From Xanthomonas campestris pv. campestris str. ATCC 33913 (GTDB taxonomy: Bacteria; Pseudomonadota; Gammaproteobacteria; Xanthomonadales; Xanthomonadaceae), in assembly GCF_000007145.1 (NCBI RefSeq), contig NC_003902.1, positions 2,606,497 through 2,638,496 of the forward strand: 32,000 bases of DNA. Direction: 5' to 3'. This document shows positions 7,342 through 17,645 of this stretch, in pieces (the first letter of the stretch is position 1; each line of letters begins with the position of its first letter). The translations under genes were made by a program, and so were the position numbers. The notes below the pieces were generated by a model. The model made no database searches. It saw only the letters and a program-made list of their open reading frames with translations, and had not been told where the DNA came from.

Positions 7342-8145
7342 ATGCCACGTCTCGTCCCTGCCCTGCTACTCATCCTCGCACTCCTGCCGGCCATGGCAGT
7401 TGCCCGCGACCCGGTCCCGACGCAGGGCTATCGCGTGGTCAAGCGCTATCCGCACGACACCACTGCCTTTACCGAAGGCCTGTTTTATCTGCGCGGCCAT
7501 CTGTACGAAAGCACTGGCGAGACCGGGCGTTCGAGCGTGCGCAAGGTGGACCTGGAAACAGGGCGCATCCTGCAACGCGCCGAGGTGCCGCCACCGTATT
7601 TCGGCGAAGGCATCGTGGCCTGGCGCGACCGCCTGATCCAGCTGACCTGGCGTAACCACGAAGGCTTCGTCTACGACCTGGCGACGCTGACGCCACGCGC
7701 GCGTTTCCGCTATCCGGGCGAAGGCTGGGCGCTGACCAGCGATGACAGCCACCTGTACATGAGCGACGGCACCGCCGTGATCCGCAAACTGGATCCGGAC
7801 ACATTGCAGCAGGTCGGCAGCATCAAGGTCACCGCCGGCGGCCGGCCGCTGGACAATCTCAACGAGCTGGAATGGGTCAACGGCGAGCTGCTAGCCAATG
7901 TCTGGCTGACCTCGCGCATTGCGCGCATCGATCCAGCCAGCGGCAAGGTAGTGGCCTGGATCGACCTGCAAGCGCTCGTGCCGGACGCCGACGCACTGAC
8001 CGACTCCACCAACGATGTGCTCAACGGCATCGCATTCGACGCCGAGCACGACCGCTTGTTCGTCACCGGCAAACGTTGGCCGATGCTCTATGAAATCCGG
8101 CTCACACCACTGCCGCACGCCGCGGCCGGCAAGCACGCGCAGTAG
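7342..8145 (+). CDS. Glutamine cyclotransferase (plant-type, beta-propeller glutaminyl-peptide cyclotransferase), secreted
   Basis: ORF 7342-8145 with signal peptide MPRLVPALLLILALLPAMAVA. YRVVKRYPHDTTAFTEGLFY..GHLYESTGETGRSSVRKVDLETG...GEGI...LIQLTWRNHEGFVYD matches the glutamine cyclotransferase family known from Xanthomonas and plants. Confidence 0.88.
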   Translation: MPRLVPALLLILALLPAMAVARDPVPTQGYRVVKRYPHDTTAFTEGLFYLRGHLYESTGETGRSSVRKVDLETGRILQRAEVPPPYFGEGIVAWRDRLIQLTWRNHEGFVYDLATLTPRARFRYPGEGWALTSDDSHLYMSDGTAVIRKLDPDTLQQVGSIKVTAGGRPLDNLNELEWVNGELLANVWLTSRIARIDPASGKVVAWIDLQALVPDADALTDSTNDVLNGIAFDAEHDRLFVTGKRWPMLYEIRLTPLPHAAAGKHAQ

Positions 8146-8368
8146 CTGCGAAGCGCGGAGCGAACAGGGAGAGTCGCCCACCACTTCCGAGTGATTAGCG
8201 GCTGGCAGCCCAGGCAAGCGCAATGCAATGTCAGGCGCTAGCCGTCGCGCGCCGAAGCGGCCTACGCATTAACGGAAACGCAGGTGTTCCACGACGAGCC
8301 GCTTTCAGCTGCTCCAGGCGGAAGCAGCCCGCAGATAAATCAGGCGTCAGAACTCCCGCCCTTGCAAA

Positions 8369-8404
8369 CCCCCAATCCCAATCCCGACTCCCCAATCCCC
8401 GCCC
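8369..8404. repeat. GGGAAT-family repeat arm R1 (C-rich on + strand), orphan
   Basis: CCCCCAATCCCAATCCCGACTCCCCAATCCCCGCCC begins 5 nt beyond the yafV stop codon (8409-8411). The reverse complement carries five G3-5 runs with 3-4 nt loops. Confidence 0.8.
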
Positions 8405-8408
8405 ACAC

Positions 8409-9209
8409 CTACTCGCCCAGCACAAAGCTGTCCCCATCCAGCATCGCCGGAAAGCGCGCGCGGTGCTCGGCCAGCGCGGCCGCGCTGATCGTGGTGGTCA
8501 CCACCTGTTCCTGTTCGCGGATTTCCACTTGCGGCTGGCCGAGGAAATCAATCACCGCGCTGTCGCCCGCGTAGTGCAACTGGTTGCCGTCCACCCCGAC
8601 GCGATTGACCGCCGCCACGAAGCACAGGTTCTCGATCGCACGCGCGCGCAGCAGTGTCTTCCAGGCGTAGGCACGTGCCGAAGGCCAATTGGCGACGAAG
8701 AGCTGCAGATCGAAATCCAGTTGGCCCGGGCGCTCTACATCGAAGCGGTTACGGCAAAACACCGGAAAGCGCAGGTCGTAGCAGACCTGTGGATTGATCC
8801 GCCACCCCTTCCACTCGACGCAGAGGCGCTCGCGCCCGGCTGCATAGCGCAGATGCTCGTTGCCGAAGCGGAACAGGTGGCGTTTGTCGTAGTACTGCAG
8901 CGCCCCATCCGGCGTGGCCCACAGCAGCCGGTTGAACACACCGTGCTCGGTACGCAACTGCACGCTGCCGGTAATCGCCGCACCCAACCGCGCGGCCTGC
9001 GTGCGGATCCACGCCACGGTGGGCCCGTCCATGTCTTCGGCCTTGTCGATGGCCTCGTTGGAAAACCCGCTGGTGAAGGTTTCCGGCAGGATCACCAGAT
9101 CGCTCTGCCCGGCCAACGGCTCCAGCAACGCGCCGTAATAGTCGCGATTGCCGGCTGGATCGTGCCAGCGGGTGCTTCCTTGAACGAGGGAAATGCGCAG
9201 GTCGTGCAT
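8409..9209 (-). CDS. yafV: Carbon-nitrogen hydrolase, omega-amidase YafV type
   Basis: ORF 8409-9209 (266 aa). Nitrilase-superfamily Glu-Lys-Cys motifs are LVILPETFTSGF, YDKRHLFRFG and INPQVCYDLRFP. Length and sequence resemble E. coli YafV. Confidence 0.85.
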   Translation of the reverse strand: MHDLRISLVQGSTRWHDPAGNRDYYGALLEPLAGQSDLVILPETFTSGFSNEAIDKAEDMDGPTVAWIRTQAARLGAAITGSVQLRTEHGVFNRLLWATPDGALQYYDKRHLFRFGNEHLRYAAGRERLCVEWKGWRINPQVCYDLRFPVFCRNRFDVERPGQLDFDLQLFVANWPSARAYAWKTLLRARAIENLCFVAAVNRVGVDGNQLHYAGDSAVIDFLGQPQVEIREQEQVVTTTISAAALAEHRARFPAMLDGDSFVLGE

Positions 9210-9215
9210 GGTTGG

Positions 9216-9254
9216 CTCGGGAATGGGGAATCGAGAGTGGGGAACGGGAAAAGC
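9216..9254. repeat. GGGAAT-family repeat arm R2 (G-rich on + strand)
   Basis: CTCGGGAATGGGGAATCGAGAGTGGGGAACGGGAAAAGC starts 7 nt upstream of the yafV ATG (9209). It is the partner of R3. Confidence 0.8.
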
Positions 9255-9313
9255 GGCACCAGCAGGCGCGAGGTCAACGGGCAGAGATCAGGATCACGCC
9301 AGGCGATGGCTAT

Positions 9314-9352
9314 GCTTTTTGCGAATCCCCAATCCCGATTCCCGAATCCCAG
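9314..9352. repeat. GGGAAT-family repeat arm R3 (C-rich on + strand)
   Basis: GCTTTTTGCGAATCCCCAATCCCGATTCCCGAATCCCAG ends 4 nt from the ybdL stop codon (9357-9359). It is an imperfect reverse complement of R2. Confidence 0.8.
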
Positions 9353-9356
9353 CTCC

Positions 9357-10505
9357 TCAAAGCTGCTGTAACCGCGCAATCGCCGCATCCAACGTGGCAT
9401 CGTTCTTGGCGAAACACAGCCGCGCCAGGCGTTGCCCGGCCGGTGCGGTTTCGTAGAACGGCGACAGCGGAATCGCCGCCACCCCTTTCTCCACCGTCAG
9501 CCACTTCACGAACTCGGTGTCGGGCAGGTCGCTGATGGCCGAATAGTCAACCAGCTGGAAATAACCACCCGGCACCGGCAGCGGGACCAGCCGTGTGGTC
9601 AGCAGCTGCTCGCGGAAGCGGTCGCGCTTGGCCTGATAGAACGCGCCCAGTTGTTCGTCGTGCTCGGGTTCGTCGCGCAGCATCGCGGCAAACGCGTGCT
9701 GCGCCGGGCCGAAGCTGGTGAAGGTGTTGTACTGGTGCACCTTGCGGAATTCAGCACTCAGCGCGGGCGGCGCGATGGCATACCCGATCTTCCAGCCGGT
9801 GCAATGGTAGGTCTTGCCGAAGCTGGAAATCACGAACGCGCGCGCGCGCAATTCCGGCCAGCGCAGCACCGATTCGTGCCGGCGGCCGTCGAACACGATG
9901 TGCTCGTAGACCTCGTCAGACAGCAGGAAGATGTCGGTGCCATGCAGCAGCTCGGTGAGAGTCTGCATGTCGGCGGCCGAAAGCATCGCGCCGGAGGGAT
10001 TGTGCGGCGAGTTGATCATCAGCAAGCGCGTCTTCGGCGTGATCGCCGCGCGCAGCGCGTCCCAATCCACGGCAAAGGTCTGCGGGTCCAGTGCCACGTG
10101 CACGGCGCGTGCGCCGGCCAGATCGATCGCCGGCTCGTAACAGTCGTAGGCCGGGTCCAGCACGATCACTTCTTCGCCCGCGCGCACCACCGCGTGGATG
10201 GCGTTGAAGATGGCCTCGGTGGCGCCGCTGGTGACGGTGATTTCGGTGTCGGCATCCACCTGCGCGCCATAGCAGCGCTGCGCCTTGCCGGCGATGGCCT
10301 GGCGCAACGCGGCCACACCGGTCATCGGCGGGTACTGGTTGTGTCCGGCGGCCATGGCCTGGCCGAGTGCGTCGACCAGCCGCTGCGGCACCGCGAAATC
10401 CGGGAAGCCCTGGCCCAGGTTGACCGCGCCGTGCTCGGCCGCCAGCTGCGACATGACGGTGAAGATGGTGGTGCCCACCTTGGGCAGCTTGGTCGTGACG
10501 GGCAT
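9357..10505 (-). CDS. ybdL: PLP-dependent aminotransferase, YbdL (methionine/glutamine transaminase) type
   Basis: ORF 9357-10505 (382 aa). Motifs [16 protein letters not shown] and [15 protein letters not shown] (PLP-lysine motif) mark a class I aminotransferase most like E. coli YbdL. Confidence 0.85.
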   Translation of the reverse strand: MPVTTKLPKVGTTIFTVMSQLAAEHGAVNLGQGFPDFAVPQRLVDALGQAMAAGHNQYPPMTGVAALRQAIAGKAQRCYGAQVDADTEITVTSGATEAIFNAIHAVVRAGEEVIVLDPAYDCYEPAIDLAGARAVHVALDPQTFAVDWDALRAAITPKTRLLMINSPHNPSGAMLSAADMQTLTELLHGTDIFLLSDEVYEHIVFDGRRHESVLRWPELRARAFVISSFGKTYHCTGWKIGYAIAPPALSAEFRKVHQYNTFTSFGPAQHAFAAMLRDEPEHDEQLGAFYQAKRDRFREQLLTTRLVPLPVPGGYFQLVDYSAISDLPDTEFVKWLTVEKGVAAIPLSPFYETAPAGQRLARLCFAKNDATLDAAIARLQQL

Positions 10506-10702
10506 CGCGCGGTTCCGGTCGACAAACAGGGGACCGCGAGTGTACGCAAACCCGCCCAGCCAGTGCGCCGGGCGATGCGCAAAACAGCGTTCCCGGACAC
10601 ATCACACCGCATGCGCGGCCCCGGGCCGTACGCATCGCCGCTACAATGCGCGCCCTGTCCCGCCCTTCCCATGCCGTCCTGCGACGGGAGCCCGCTGCGC
10701 CG

Positions 10703-11343
<641 letters not shown>

Positions 11344-11347
<4 letters not shown>

Positions 11348-12039
11348 GCGCGCATTCGCCGCAACCCTCGCTGTGGCAGGCCGGGCGGGCGCTGGTGCGC
11401 CGCGACCTGCAACTGCTGTGGCGCCGCCGCAGCGATGCGCTGCAACCGGCGCTGTTTGCGCTGCTGATCGTGGTGCTGTTCGCGCTGGGCCTGGGCGGGC
11501 GCCCGGACCTGTTGGCGCAGGCCGCGCCGGCGGTGCTGTGGCTGTCGGTGCTGCTGGCCGGGCTGTTGTCGCTGGATGCGCTGTTCCGCAGCGATGTCGA
11601 AGACGGCTCGATGGAGCAATGGCTGCTCGCGCCGGTGCCGCTGGCCTGGTTGATCGCGGTGCGCGTGCTGTTGCACTGGGCCACCAGCGCACTGCCGCTG
11701 ATCGCGGTGACCCCGTTGCTGGGCGAATTGCTGCACCTGCCACATGACCAACTGCCCGTGCTGCTGGCATCGTTGGCCCTGGGAACACCGCTTCTGAGCC
11801 TGCTCGGCGCCGTGGTTGCAGCGCTGACAGTCACCATGAAACGCTCTGGTATTCTCGTGGCGCTGCTGGCGTTGCCGCTGTATGTGCCGGTGCTGGTGTT
11901 CGGCGCCGGCAGTGTGGCAGCCAGCGGACAAGGCCAGGATGCGGTGGGTGCGTTGTTGTTGTTGGGGGCCGGCCTGGTGATCGGCGTGGTTTTGGCACCG
12001 CTGGCTGCGGCGGCCGCGATCCGTATTTCACTGAGCTGA
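11344..12039 (+). CDS. ccmB: Heme exporter permease CcmB
   Basis: ATG 11344 (ATGA overlap with the ccmA stop) in the frame of ORF 10285-12039. [35 protein letters not shown]... is a polytopic membrane protein of 231 aa in the expected position. Confidence 0.9.
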
Positions 12040-12115
12040 CCAATGCAGTCGATGCGGCGTTGATGCGACACTCCGCTCCGCGAGCAATTGTCATACCGAG
12101 AGCCATCGCCATCGC

Positions 12116-12865
12116 ATGAACGTCGTCGCCCGCTGGTTCCACCACGTTGCTTCCCCGCCGATCTTCGACCGTTTTACCGCGCGCTGGGCGCCGTGGTGCT
12201 ATGCGCTGGCGGCGGTATTGCTGGGCATCGGCATCTGGCAGGCATTATTCGCGGTGCCGGCCGACTACCAGCAGGGCGACAGCTTCCGCATCCTGTATAT
12301 CCACGTGCCCAGCGCATGGATGAGCCTGTTCGTGTTCGGGCTGATGGCGCTGTACGCGGCCATCGCGCTGATCTGGCGCATCAAGGTGTGCGAGATCCTG
12401 GCCATGGCCTGCGCGCCGATCGGCGCCGCCTTTACCGTGATCACCCTGCTCACCGGCAGCATCTGGGGCAAGCCGATGTGGGGCGCCTGGTGGGACTGGG
12501 ACCCGCGCCTGACCACCGAATTGATCCTGCTGTTTCTGTACCTGGGCGTGATCGGGCTGTATCACGCCATCGACGACCGCCGTCAGGCCGCGCGGGCCGC
12601 GAGCCTGCTGGCAATCGTCGGCGTTGCGTTGCTGCCGGTGATCCGCTATTCGGTGGTGTGGTGGAATTCGCTGCACCAGGGCCAGAGCATCCGTCTGCTG
12701 GGCCCGTCCAGTATCGATGCCAGCATGCTGCTGCCGCTGTGGCTGATGGTGATCGGCACCAAGTTCTGGTTTGCCGGCTCGCTGCTCACGCGGGCGCGTG
12801 CCGACAACCTGCGCCGCGAAGCCGGCAAGGCGTGGATCGTGCGCGATGCGGAGGGCACGGCATGA
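12116..12865 (+). CDS. ccmC: Heme exporter/heme-handling protein CcmC
   Basis: ORF 12116-12865. The [16 protein letters not shown] tryptophan-rich WWD motif is diagnostic of CcmC. Confidence 0.93.
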   Translation: MNVVARWFHHVASPPIFDRFTARWAPWCYALAAVLLGIGIWQALFAVPADYQQGDSFRILYIHVPSAWMSLFVFGLMALYAAIALIWRIKVCEILAMACAPIGAAFTVITLLTGSIWGKPMWGAWWDWDPRLTTELILLFLYLGVIGLYHAIDDRRQAARAASLLAIVGVALLPVIRYSVVWWNSLHQGQSIRLLGPSSIDASMLLPLWLMVIGTKFWFAGSLLTRARADNLRREAGKAWIVRDAEGTA

Positions 12866-13032
12866 ATTATCTGCCCTATGTGATTGCGGCCTACGCGGTG
12901 TTCGCGCTGGTGCTGCTGTGGGATTTGATCGCCGGCCGCTGGCAGGTGCGCAAAGCCTTGAAAGTGGCGCAGGCGCGGCGCCTGCGCGAGCGCAAGCGCA
13001 CACTGCCCACCGATGTGGAGCTGACCCGATGA
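12862..13032 (+). CDS. ccmD: Heme exporter small subunit CcmD (56 aa)
   Basis: ATG 12862 (ATGA overlap with the ccmC stop). [45 protein letters not shown]... has a single TM helix plus a basic tail. It is too short to appear as its own ORF in the track. Confidence 0.88.
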   Translation: MNYLPYVIAAYAVFALVLLWDLIAGRWQVRKALKVAQARRLRERKRTLPTDVELTR

Positions 13033-13487
13033 ACCCGCAACGTCGCCGCCGTCTGTGGCTGGTGCTGGCGCTGGTGCTGGCCGGTGGCCTGGCGACCACG
13101 CTGGTGGCCATGGCCCTGCAGCGCAACGTGGCGTATCTGTACACGCCGGCCGAGGTGTTGCGCGGCGAGGCCGGGGAGCATGCGCGTTTCCGTTTGGGTG
13201 GCATGGTGGAAAAAGGCTCGTTCCGGCGCGAAGCCGGCTCGCTGGAAGCGCACTTCCGCGTCACCGACGGCGACGCGCAATTGCCGGTGCGCTATGACCG
13301 CATCCTTCCCGACCTGTTCCGCGAGGGTCAGGCGGTGGTGGCCACCGGCCGCATGCAGCAAGGTGTGTTCGTGGCCGAGGACGTGCTGGCCAAGCATGAT
13401 GAGACCTACATGCCCAAGGAAGTCGCCGACAAGATGGGTAGTGCGCATCGCAAGCACCAGGTCGCGCCGGCGAAGGTGACCCAGTGA
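13029..13487 (+). CDS. ccmE: Cytochrome c-type biogenesis heme chaperone CcmE
   Basis: ATG 13029 (ATGA overlap with the ccmD stop). It has an N-terminal anchor, FRLGGMV and [14 protein letters not shown] (the heme-binding His motif). Confidence 0.92.
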   Translation: MNPQRRRRLWLVLALVLAGGLATTLVAMALQRNVAYLYTPAEVLRGEAGEHARFRLGGMVEKGSFRREAGSLEAHFRVTDGDAQLPVRYDRILPDLFREGQAVVATGRMQQGVFVAEDVLAKHDETYMPKEVADKMGSAHRKHQVAPAKVTQ

Positions 13488-13610
13488 CGGTGACCTCCCT
13501 GGTAGACCGCGACGCACAGATCGACGGCACCGCGACTGACGGCCATACGCTGCCACGCAGGCGCGCGGTATCGCCGGCCATCCGACGTTGTAGGAATGAC
13601 AGGCAGGCCG

Positions 13611-15548
13611 ATGCTGCCTGAACTCGGTACCTTCCTGCTGGTGCTGGCGCTGCTGGTGGCGCTGGTGCAGGCCGTCGTGCCGCTGGCCGGTGCGCAGCGC
13701 GGGCGCAGTGCCTGGATGGCGGTTGCCCGCCCCGCCGCATTGGTGCAACTGGCACTGATCGCTGCGGCATTCGCGGTGTTGACGCACGCTTTCCTGGTGC
13801 AGGATTTTTCGGTGCGATACGTGGCCGAGAACTCCAACTCGCTGCTGCCGTTGATCTATCGCTATTCGGCGGTCTGGGGCGCACACGAAGGCTCGTTGCT
13901 GCTATGGACGCTGGTGCTGGCGCTATGGACGGGCGCGGTGGCGATCTGGTCGCGGCAGTTGCCCGCCCAGGTGATCGCACGCGTGCTGGGCGTGATGGCG
14001 CTGGTGAGCATCGGCTTCCTGGCGTTCCTGTTGTTCACCTCCAATCCGTTCGCGCGGTTGATGCCGGTGCCGCTGGAAGGCGCCGACCTCAATCCGCTGC
14101 TGCAGGACCCGGGCCTGATCATCCATCCGCCGATGCTTTATTGCGGGTATGTGGGCTTTGCGGTGCCGTTCGCGTTCGCCATTGCCGCGCTGCTGGAAGG
14201 CCGCATGGACGCACGCTGGCTGCGCTGGACGCGGCCATGGACCAACATTGCCTGGTCGATGCTTACCGTAGGCATCGCGCTGGGCAGCTGGTGGGCGTAT
14301 TACGAACTGGGCTGGGGTGGCTGGTGGTTCTGGGACCCGGTGGAAAATGCCAGCTTCATGCCCTGGCTGGTCGGAACTGCGCTGCTGCACTCGCAGGCGG
14401 TCACCGGAAAACGCGGCAGCTTCGCCAGCTGGACGCTGCTGCTGGCAATCGCCGCCTTCGCGCTGTCGCTGCTGGGGACCTTCCTGGTGCGTTCGGGTGT
14501 GCTGACCAGCGTGCATTCGTTTGCGGCCGATCCCTCGCGCGGCGTGTTCATCCTGGTGTTCCTGCTGAGCGTGGTCGGCGGCTCGTTGCTGCTGTATGTG
14601 CTGCGCGCGCCGCGGTTGTCGCAGGGCGATGACCCGCGCCGGGCCTTTGCCGGCAGCTCGCGCGAAACGCTGTTGCTGTTGAACAACCTGCTGCTGGCCT
14701 GCGCCTGCGCGATGGTGCTGCTGGGCACGCTGTACCCGCTGCTGGCCGATGCGCTGGGCCTGGGCAAACTGTCGGTTGGCCCGCCCTACTTCGGCACGCT
14801 GTTCCTGGTGCTGATGGCGCCGCTGGTGGCGCTGCTGCCGTTCGGGCCGCTGACCCGCTGGCAGCGCGACCAACCCTCGCGTCCGCTGGCGATGCTCGCG
14901 CCCTGGGCCGCGCTGGCCGTCGTGCTCGGGGTGCTGGCCTGGTTCGCCGCACCGCAGGGCCAGCTGAAAACGGCACTCGGCGTGGCGGGAGCGGCCTGGG
15001 TGGTGCTGGGCACGCTGCGTTTTTTGTGGACGCGCCGCGCTGCCAAGGGGCGCAAGTTCACCGCCGAGATGCTCGGCATGGCGCTGGCGCATACGGGCGT
15101 TGCTGTGTTCCTGGCCGGTGCCTTGCTGGTGGAATCGCTCAGCCTGCAGCGCGAAGTCGCGCTGGCACCCGGCCAGCAGATGGAGATCGGCAGCTACGCA
15201 CTGCATTTCGACGGGCTGAAAGAAGTGCGCGGGCCGAACTACGTCTCCGACCGCGCCACCTTGCAGGTGTTCAAGGACGACGCGGCAGTGGGCACGCTGC
15301 ATGCCGAAAAACGCCGTTACGCCAGTGGCGGCCAAACCCTGACCGAGGCGGCGATCCGCCCGGGTCCGTTTGGCGATCTTTACGTCGCCCTGGGCGAACC
15401 GCTGGGCAATCAGGCCTGGGCGGTGCGTGTGCATCTCAAACCGTTTGTCCGCTGGATCTGGCTGGGAGCGCTGCTGATGGCGCTCGGCGGCCTGGTCACC
15501 GCGGCCGACCGGCGTTTCCGTCGTTCTCCGGAGTCCCTAAATGTCTGA
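13611..15548 (+). CDS. ccmF: Cytochrome c heme lyase subunit CcmF
   Basis: ORF 13596-15548. MLPELGTFLLVLAL from ATG 13611 aligns with E. coli MMPEIGNGLL, and ATG 13596 is the alternative. It carries the WGAHEGSLLLW and WGGWWFWDPVEN WWD motifs. Confidence 0.92.
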   Translation: MLPELGTFLLVLALLVALVQAVVPLAGAQRGRSAWMAVARPAALVQLALIAAAFAVLTHAFLVQDFSVRYVAENSNSLLPLIYRYSAVWGAHEGSLLLWTLVLALWTGAVAIWSRQLPAQVIARVLGVMALVSIGFLAFLLFTSNPFARLMPVPLEGADLNPLLQDPGLIIHPPMLYCGYVGFAVPFAFAIAALLEGRMDARWLRWTRPWTNIAWSMLTVGIALGSWWAYYELGWGGWWFWDPVENASFMPWLVGTALLHSQAVTGKRGSFASWTLLLAIAAFALSLLGTFLVRSGVLTSVHSFAADPSRGVFILVFLLSVVGGSLLLYVLRAPRLSQGDDPRRAFAGSSRETLLLLNNLLLACACAMVLLGTLYPLLADALGLGKLSVGPPYFGTLFLVLMAPLVALLPFGPLTRWQRDQPSRPLAMLAPWAALAVVLGVLAWFAAPQGQLKTALGVAGAAWVVLGTLRFLWTRRAAKGRKFTAEMLGMALAHTGVAVFLAGALLVESLSLQREVALAPGQQMEIGSYALHFDGLKEVRGPNYVSDRATLQVFKDDAAVGTLHAEKRRYASGGQTLTEAAIRPGPFGDLYVALGEPLGNQAWAVRVHLKPFVRWIWLGALLMALGGLVTAADRRFRRSPESLNV

Positions 15549-16143
15549 CCCTCGCACCTCCCGCCTGCCCACCGCCGTGCTTGTGGGAGCGGGCATCCTG
15601 CTGCTCGCGCTGGCGGCGTTGCTGGTCTACGCCGTGGTGCGTTCGGGCAATGACGACCGCGACGCCCTGCCGTCGGCACTGATCGGCAAGCCGGCGCCGG
15701 AGTTCGCGCTGCCGTTGCTGCACGATCCCAGCATCATCGTGCATGCGCGCGAACTGCGCGGTGCGCCCTACATCATCAACGTGTGGGGCAGCTGGTGCCC
15801 GGCCTGCCGCGAAGAACATCCGGTGCTGAGCCGCTTCGCACTGACCAAGCGCGTGCGCGTGATCGGCTACAACTGGAAGGACGAGCGCGCCGATGCCTTG
15901 CGCTGGCTCGAACAACTGGGCAACCCGTATCTGCTGGTGGTCGCCGACACCGATGGCCGCACCGCGATCGACTTCGGCATTGCCGCCGCACCGGAAACCT
16001 TCCTGGTCGACGGCCGCGGCGTGGTGCGCTGGAAGTACAGCGGCATGCTGACCCAATCCATCATCGACACCCAGCTGATTCCGGCCCTGACCCGCATCGA
16101 GCGCTCGCCCAGCGCCGCGCCGGACCTGCACACCGCCCGATGA
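15541..16143 (+). CDS. ccmG: Thiol:disulfide oxidoreductase DsbE/CcmG
   Basis: ORF 15541-16143 (8-nt overlap with ccmF). It has a membrane anchor and a thioredoxin fold with NVWGSWCPACREEHP (CxxC). Confidence 0.92.
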   Translation: MSDPRTSRLPTAVLVGAGILLLALAALLVYAVVRSGNDDRDALPSALIGKPAPEFALPLLHDPSIIVHARELRGAPYIINVWGSWCPACREEHPVLSRFALTKRVRVIGYNWKDERADALRWLEQLGNPYLLVVADTDGRTAIDFGIAAAPETFLVDGRGVVRWKYSGMLTQSIIDTQLIPALTRIERSPSAAPDLHTAR

Positions 16144-16574
16144 CACGCGCCTGGCTACTCGCATTGTTGCTGTGGCCCTGGCTGGCATTGGCCCAGCCAA
16201 TGGGCGACCCCTCGCTGCTGCAGTACCGCTCGGCCGCCGAGGAAGCGCGCTTTCATGCGCTCACCGCCGAGCTGCGTTGCGTGCAATGCCAGAACCAGTC
16301 GCTGGCCGATTCCAACGCGCAAATTGCGCAGGACCTGCGCCGCGAAGTGCTGGCGCTGATGCACGAAGGCCGCAGCGACGCGCAGATCCGCCAGTTTCTG
16401 GTGGCCCGCTACGGTGAGTTCGTGCTGTACCGGCCGCAGGTCGAATCGCGCACCTGGCTGCTGTGGTTCGGCCCGTTGCTGGTGCTACTGCTCGGCGGCA
16501 CGGCGGTGGCGCTGGTGGTGCGGCGGCGCAGTGCGGCAGCGCCCACCACCAGCGTCGACGAGCAGGAGTGGTAA
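16140..16574 (+). CDS. ccmH: Cytochrome c-type biogenesis protein CcmH (NrfF-like)
   Basis: ATG 16140 (ATGA overlap with the ccmG stop). It has a signal peptide, the LRCVQCQNQSLADSNA (CxxC) motif and a C-terminal TM segment. Confidence 0.9.
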   Translation: MTRAWLLALLLWPWLALAQPMGDPSLLQYRSAAEEARFHALTAELRCVQCQNQSLADSNAQIAQDLRREVLALMHEGRSDAQIRQFLVARYGEFVLYRPQVESRTWLLWFGPLLVLLLGGTAVALVVRRRSAAAPTTSVDEQEW

Positions 16575-17587
16575 TGGCGATCTTTGTCGCGTGCATCGTG
16601 GTGCTGGCGGTATTGGCTTTCGGCCTGGTGCTACGCCCGCTGTGGCGTGAGGCGCGCGGCTTGGCCGGCGCGCTGGTGGTGTTGCTGCTGGCGGCCAGCG
16701 CCGCGCTTTACTGGCTGGTTGGCACGCCGGCGGCGATCGAACAGACCGCCGACCGCCCGGCCAAGCCACGCACATTGGACGAGGCCATCGTGCAACTGCG
16801 CACTGCCCTGGCGCGCAACCCAGACCAGGCCGAAGGCTGGGTGCTGCTGGGGCGGTCGCTGTCCAGCCAGGAGAAGTTCGCCGAAGCGCGCGATGCATTT
16901 GCCCGTGCCGTGGCGCTGCGCCCGGACGAGCCGGATGTATTGGTGGCCGCCGCGCAAACGCGCATGCTCGCCGATGACACACCGCAGCCGGATCACGAGG
17001 CGCAACGCCTGCTCGAACATGCGCTTGCGGTGCAGCCCGAACACGAGCGTGCGCGCTGGTTCCTCGGCGTGGTGCAACGCCAGGCCGGGCAGCCCGCAGC
17101 CGCCAGCGCTACCTGGCTGCCGCTGCTGGAGGTGGTGGACCCCAAGACCCGCCCCGGGCTGCTGGAACAGATCAATGCCGCGCGTCGCGAGGCCAAGCTG
17201 GAGCCGATCCAGGCCGCCGCCCCGGCAACCGCCACGGCCAGCACAGGCAAGGCCATTCGCGTGCGGGTGGTGCTGGACGCCGAGTTCGCCAAGCGCGCCG
17301 GCTTGCCCGCCGACACCAGTGTGTTCGTGATTGCACGCTCCGCCGACACCCCGATGCCGGTGGCGGTGGAAAAACACCCGCTCAGCGCGCTGCCGTTGAC
17401 CGTCACCCTGGATGATGGCGACAGCCCGATGCCCACGCGCACGCTGTCGTCGCTGGACAAGGTGCAACTGGTGGCCCGGCTCTCGCGCAGCGGCAATGCG
17501 ATGCGCCAGAGCGACGATGTGGAAAGCACGCCGGTGACGGTGCAGTTGCCCACCGATGCGCAGTTGGAGCTGGTCATCGGCCGCTGA
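16574..17587 (+). CDS. ccmI: c-type cytochrome biogenesis protein CcmI/CycH (TPR)
   Basis: ATG 16574 (TAATG overlap with the ccmH stop). It has two N-terminal TM helices and then TPR-like repeats (NPDQAEGWVLLGRSLSSQEKFAEARDAFARAVALRPDEPD). Its position at the end of the ccm operon fits. Confidence 0.85.
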   Translation: MAIFVACIVVLAVLAFGLVLRPLWREARGLAGALVVLLLAASAALYWLVGTPAAIEQTADRPAKPRTLDEAIVQLRTALARNPDQAEGWVLLGRSLSSQEKFAEARDAFARAVALRPDEPDVLVAAAQTRMLADDTPQPDHEAQRLLEHALAVQPEHERARWFLGVVQRQAGQPAAASATWLPLLEVVDPKTRPGLLEQINAARREAKLEPIQAAAPATATASTGKAIRVRVVLDAEFAKRAGLPADTSVFVIARSADTPMPVAVEKHPLSALPLTVTLDDGDSPMPTRTLSSLDKVQLVARLSRSGNAMRQSDDVESTPVTVQLPTDAQLELVIGR

Positions 17588-17645
17588 GTGCTGCGTGCTT
17601 GTAAGCGCATAGCACTCCAGGCGCGCGCGGAAACACCTCGGCATT

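Noticed and set aside
6456-8145. Idea that the neighbouring secreted 145-aa protein is the substrate of the glutamine cyclotransferase through an N-terminal Gln converted to pyroglutamate.
   Set aside because: The best signal-peptidase site (AQA|AGN) leaves an N-terminal Ala, not Gln. Cleavage before a Gln (APQA|QAAG) would need Pro at -3, which is disfavoured.
8369-9352. GGGAAT-type repeats considered as a CRISPR array or a simple microsatellite.
   Set aside because: The units are irregular (6-8 nt, degenerate), occur as inverted arm pairs and have no unique spacers of constant length. No cas genes are present.
13490-13621. GTG-initiated 43-codon ORF filling the ccmE-ccmF spacer.
   Set aside because: It is rich in rare codons (GTA, AGG, CGA), has no SD, has an unremarkable hydrophilic sequence and overlaps the ccmF start.
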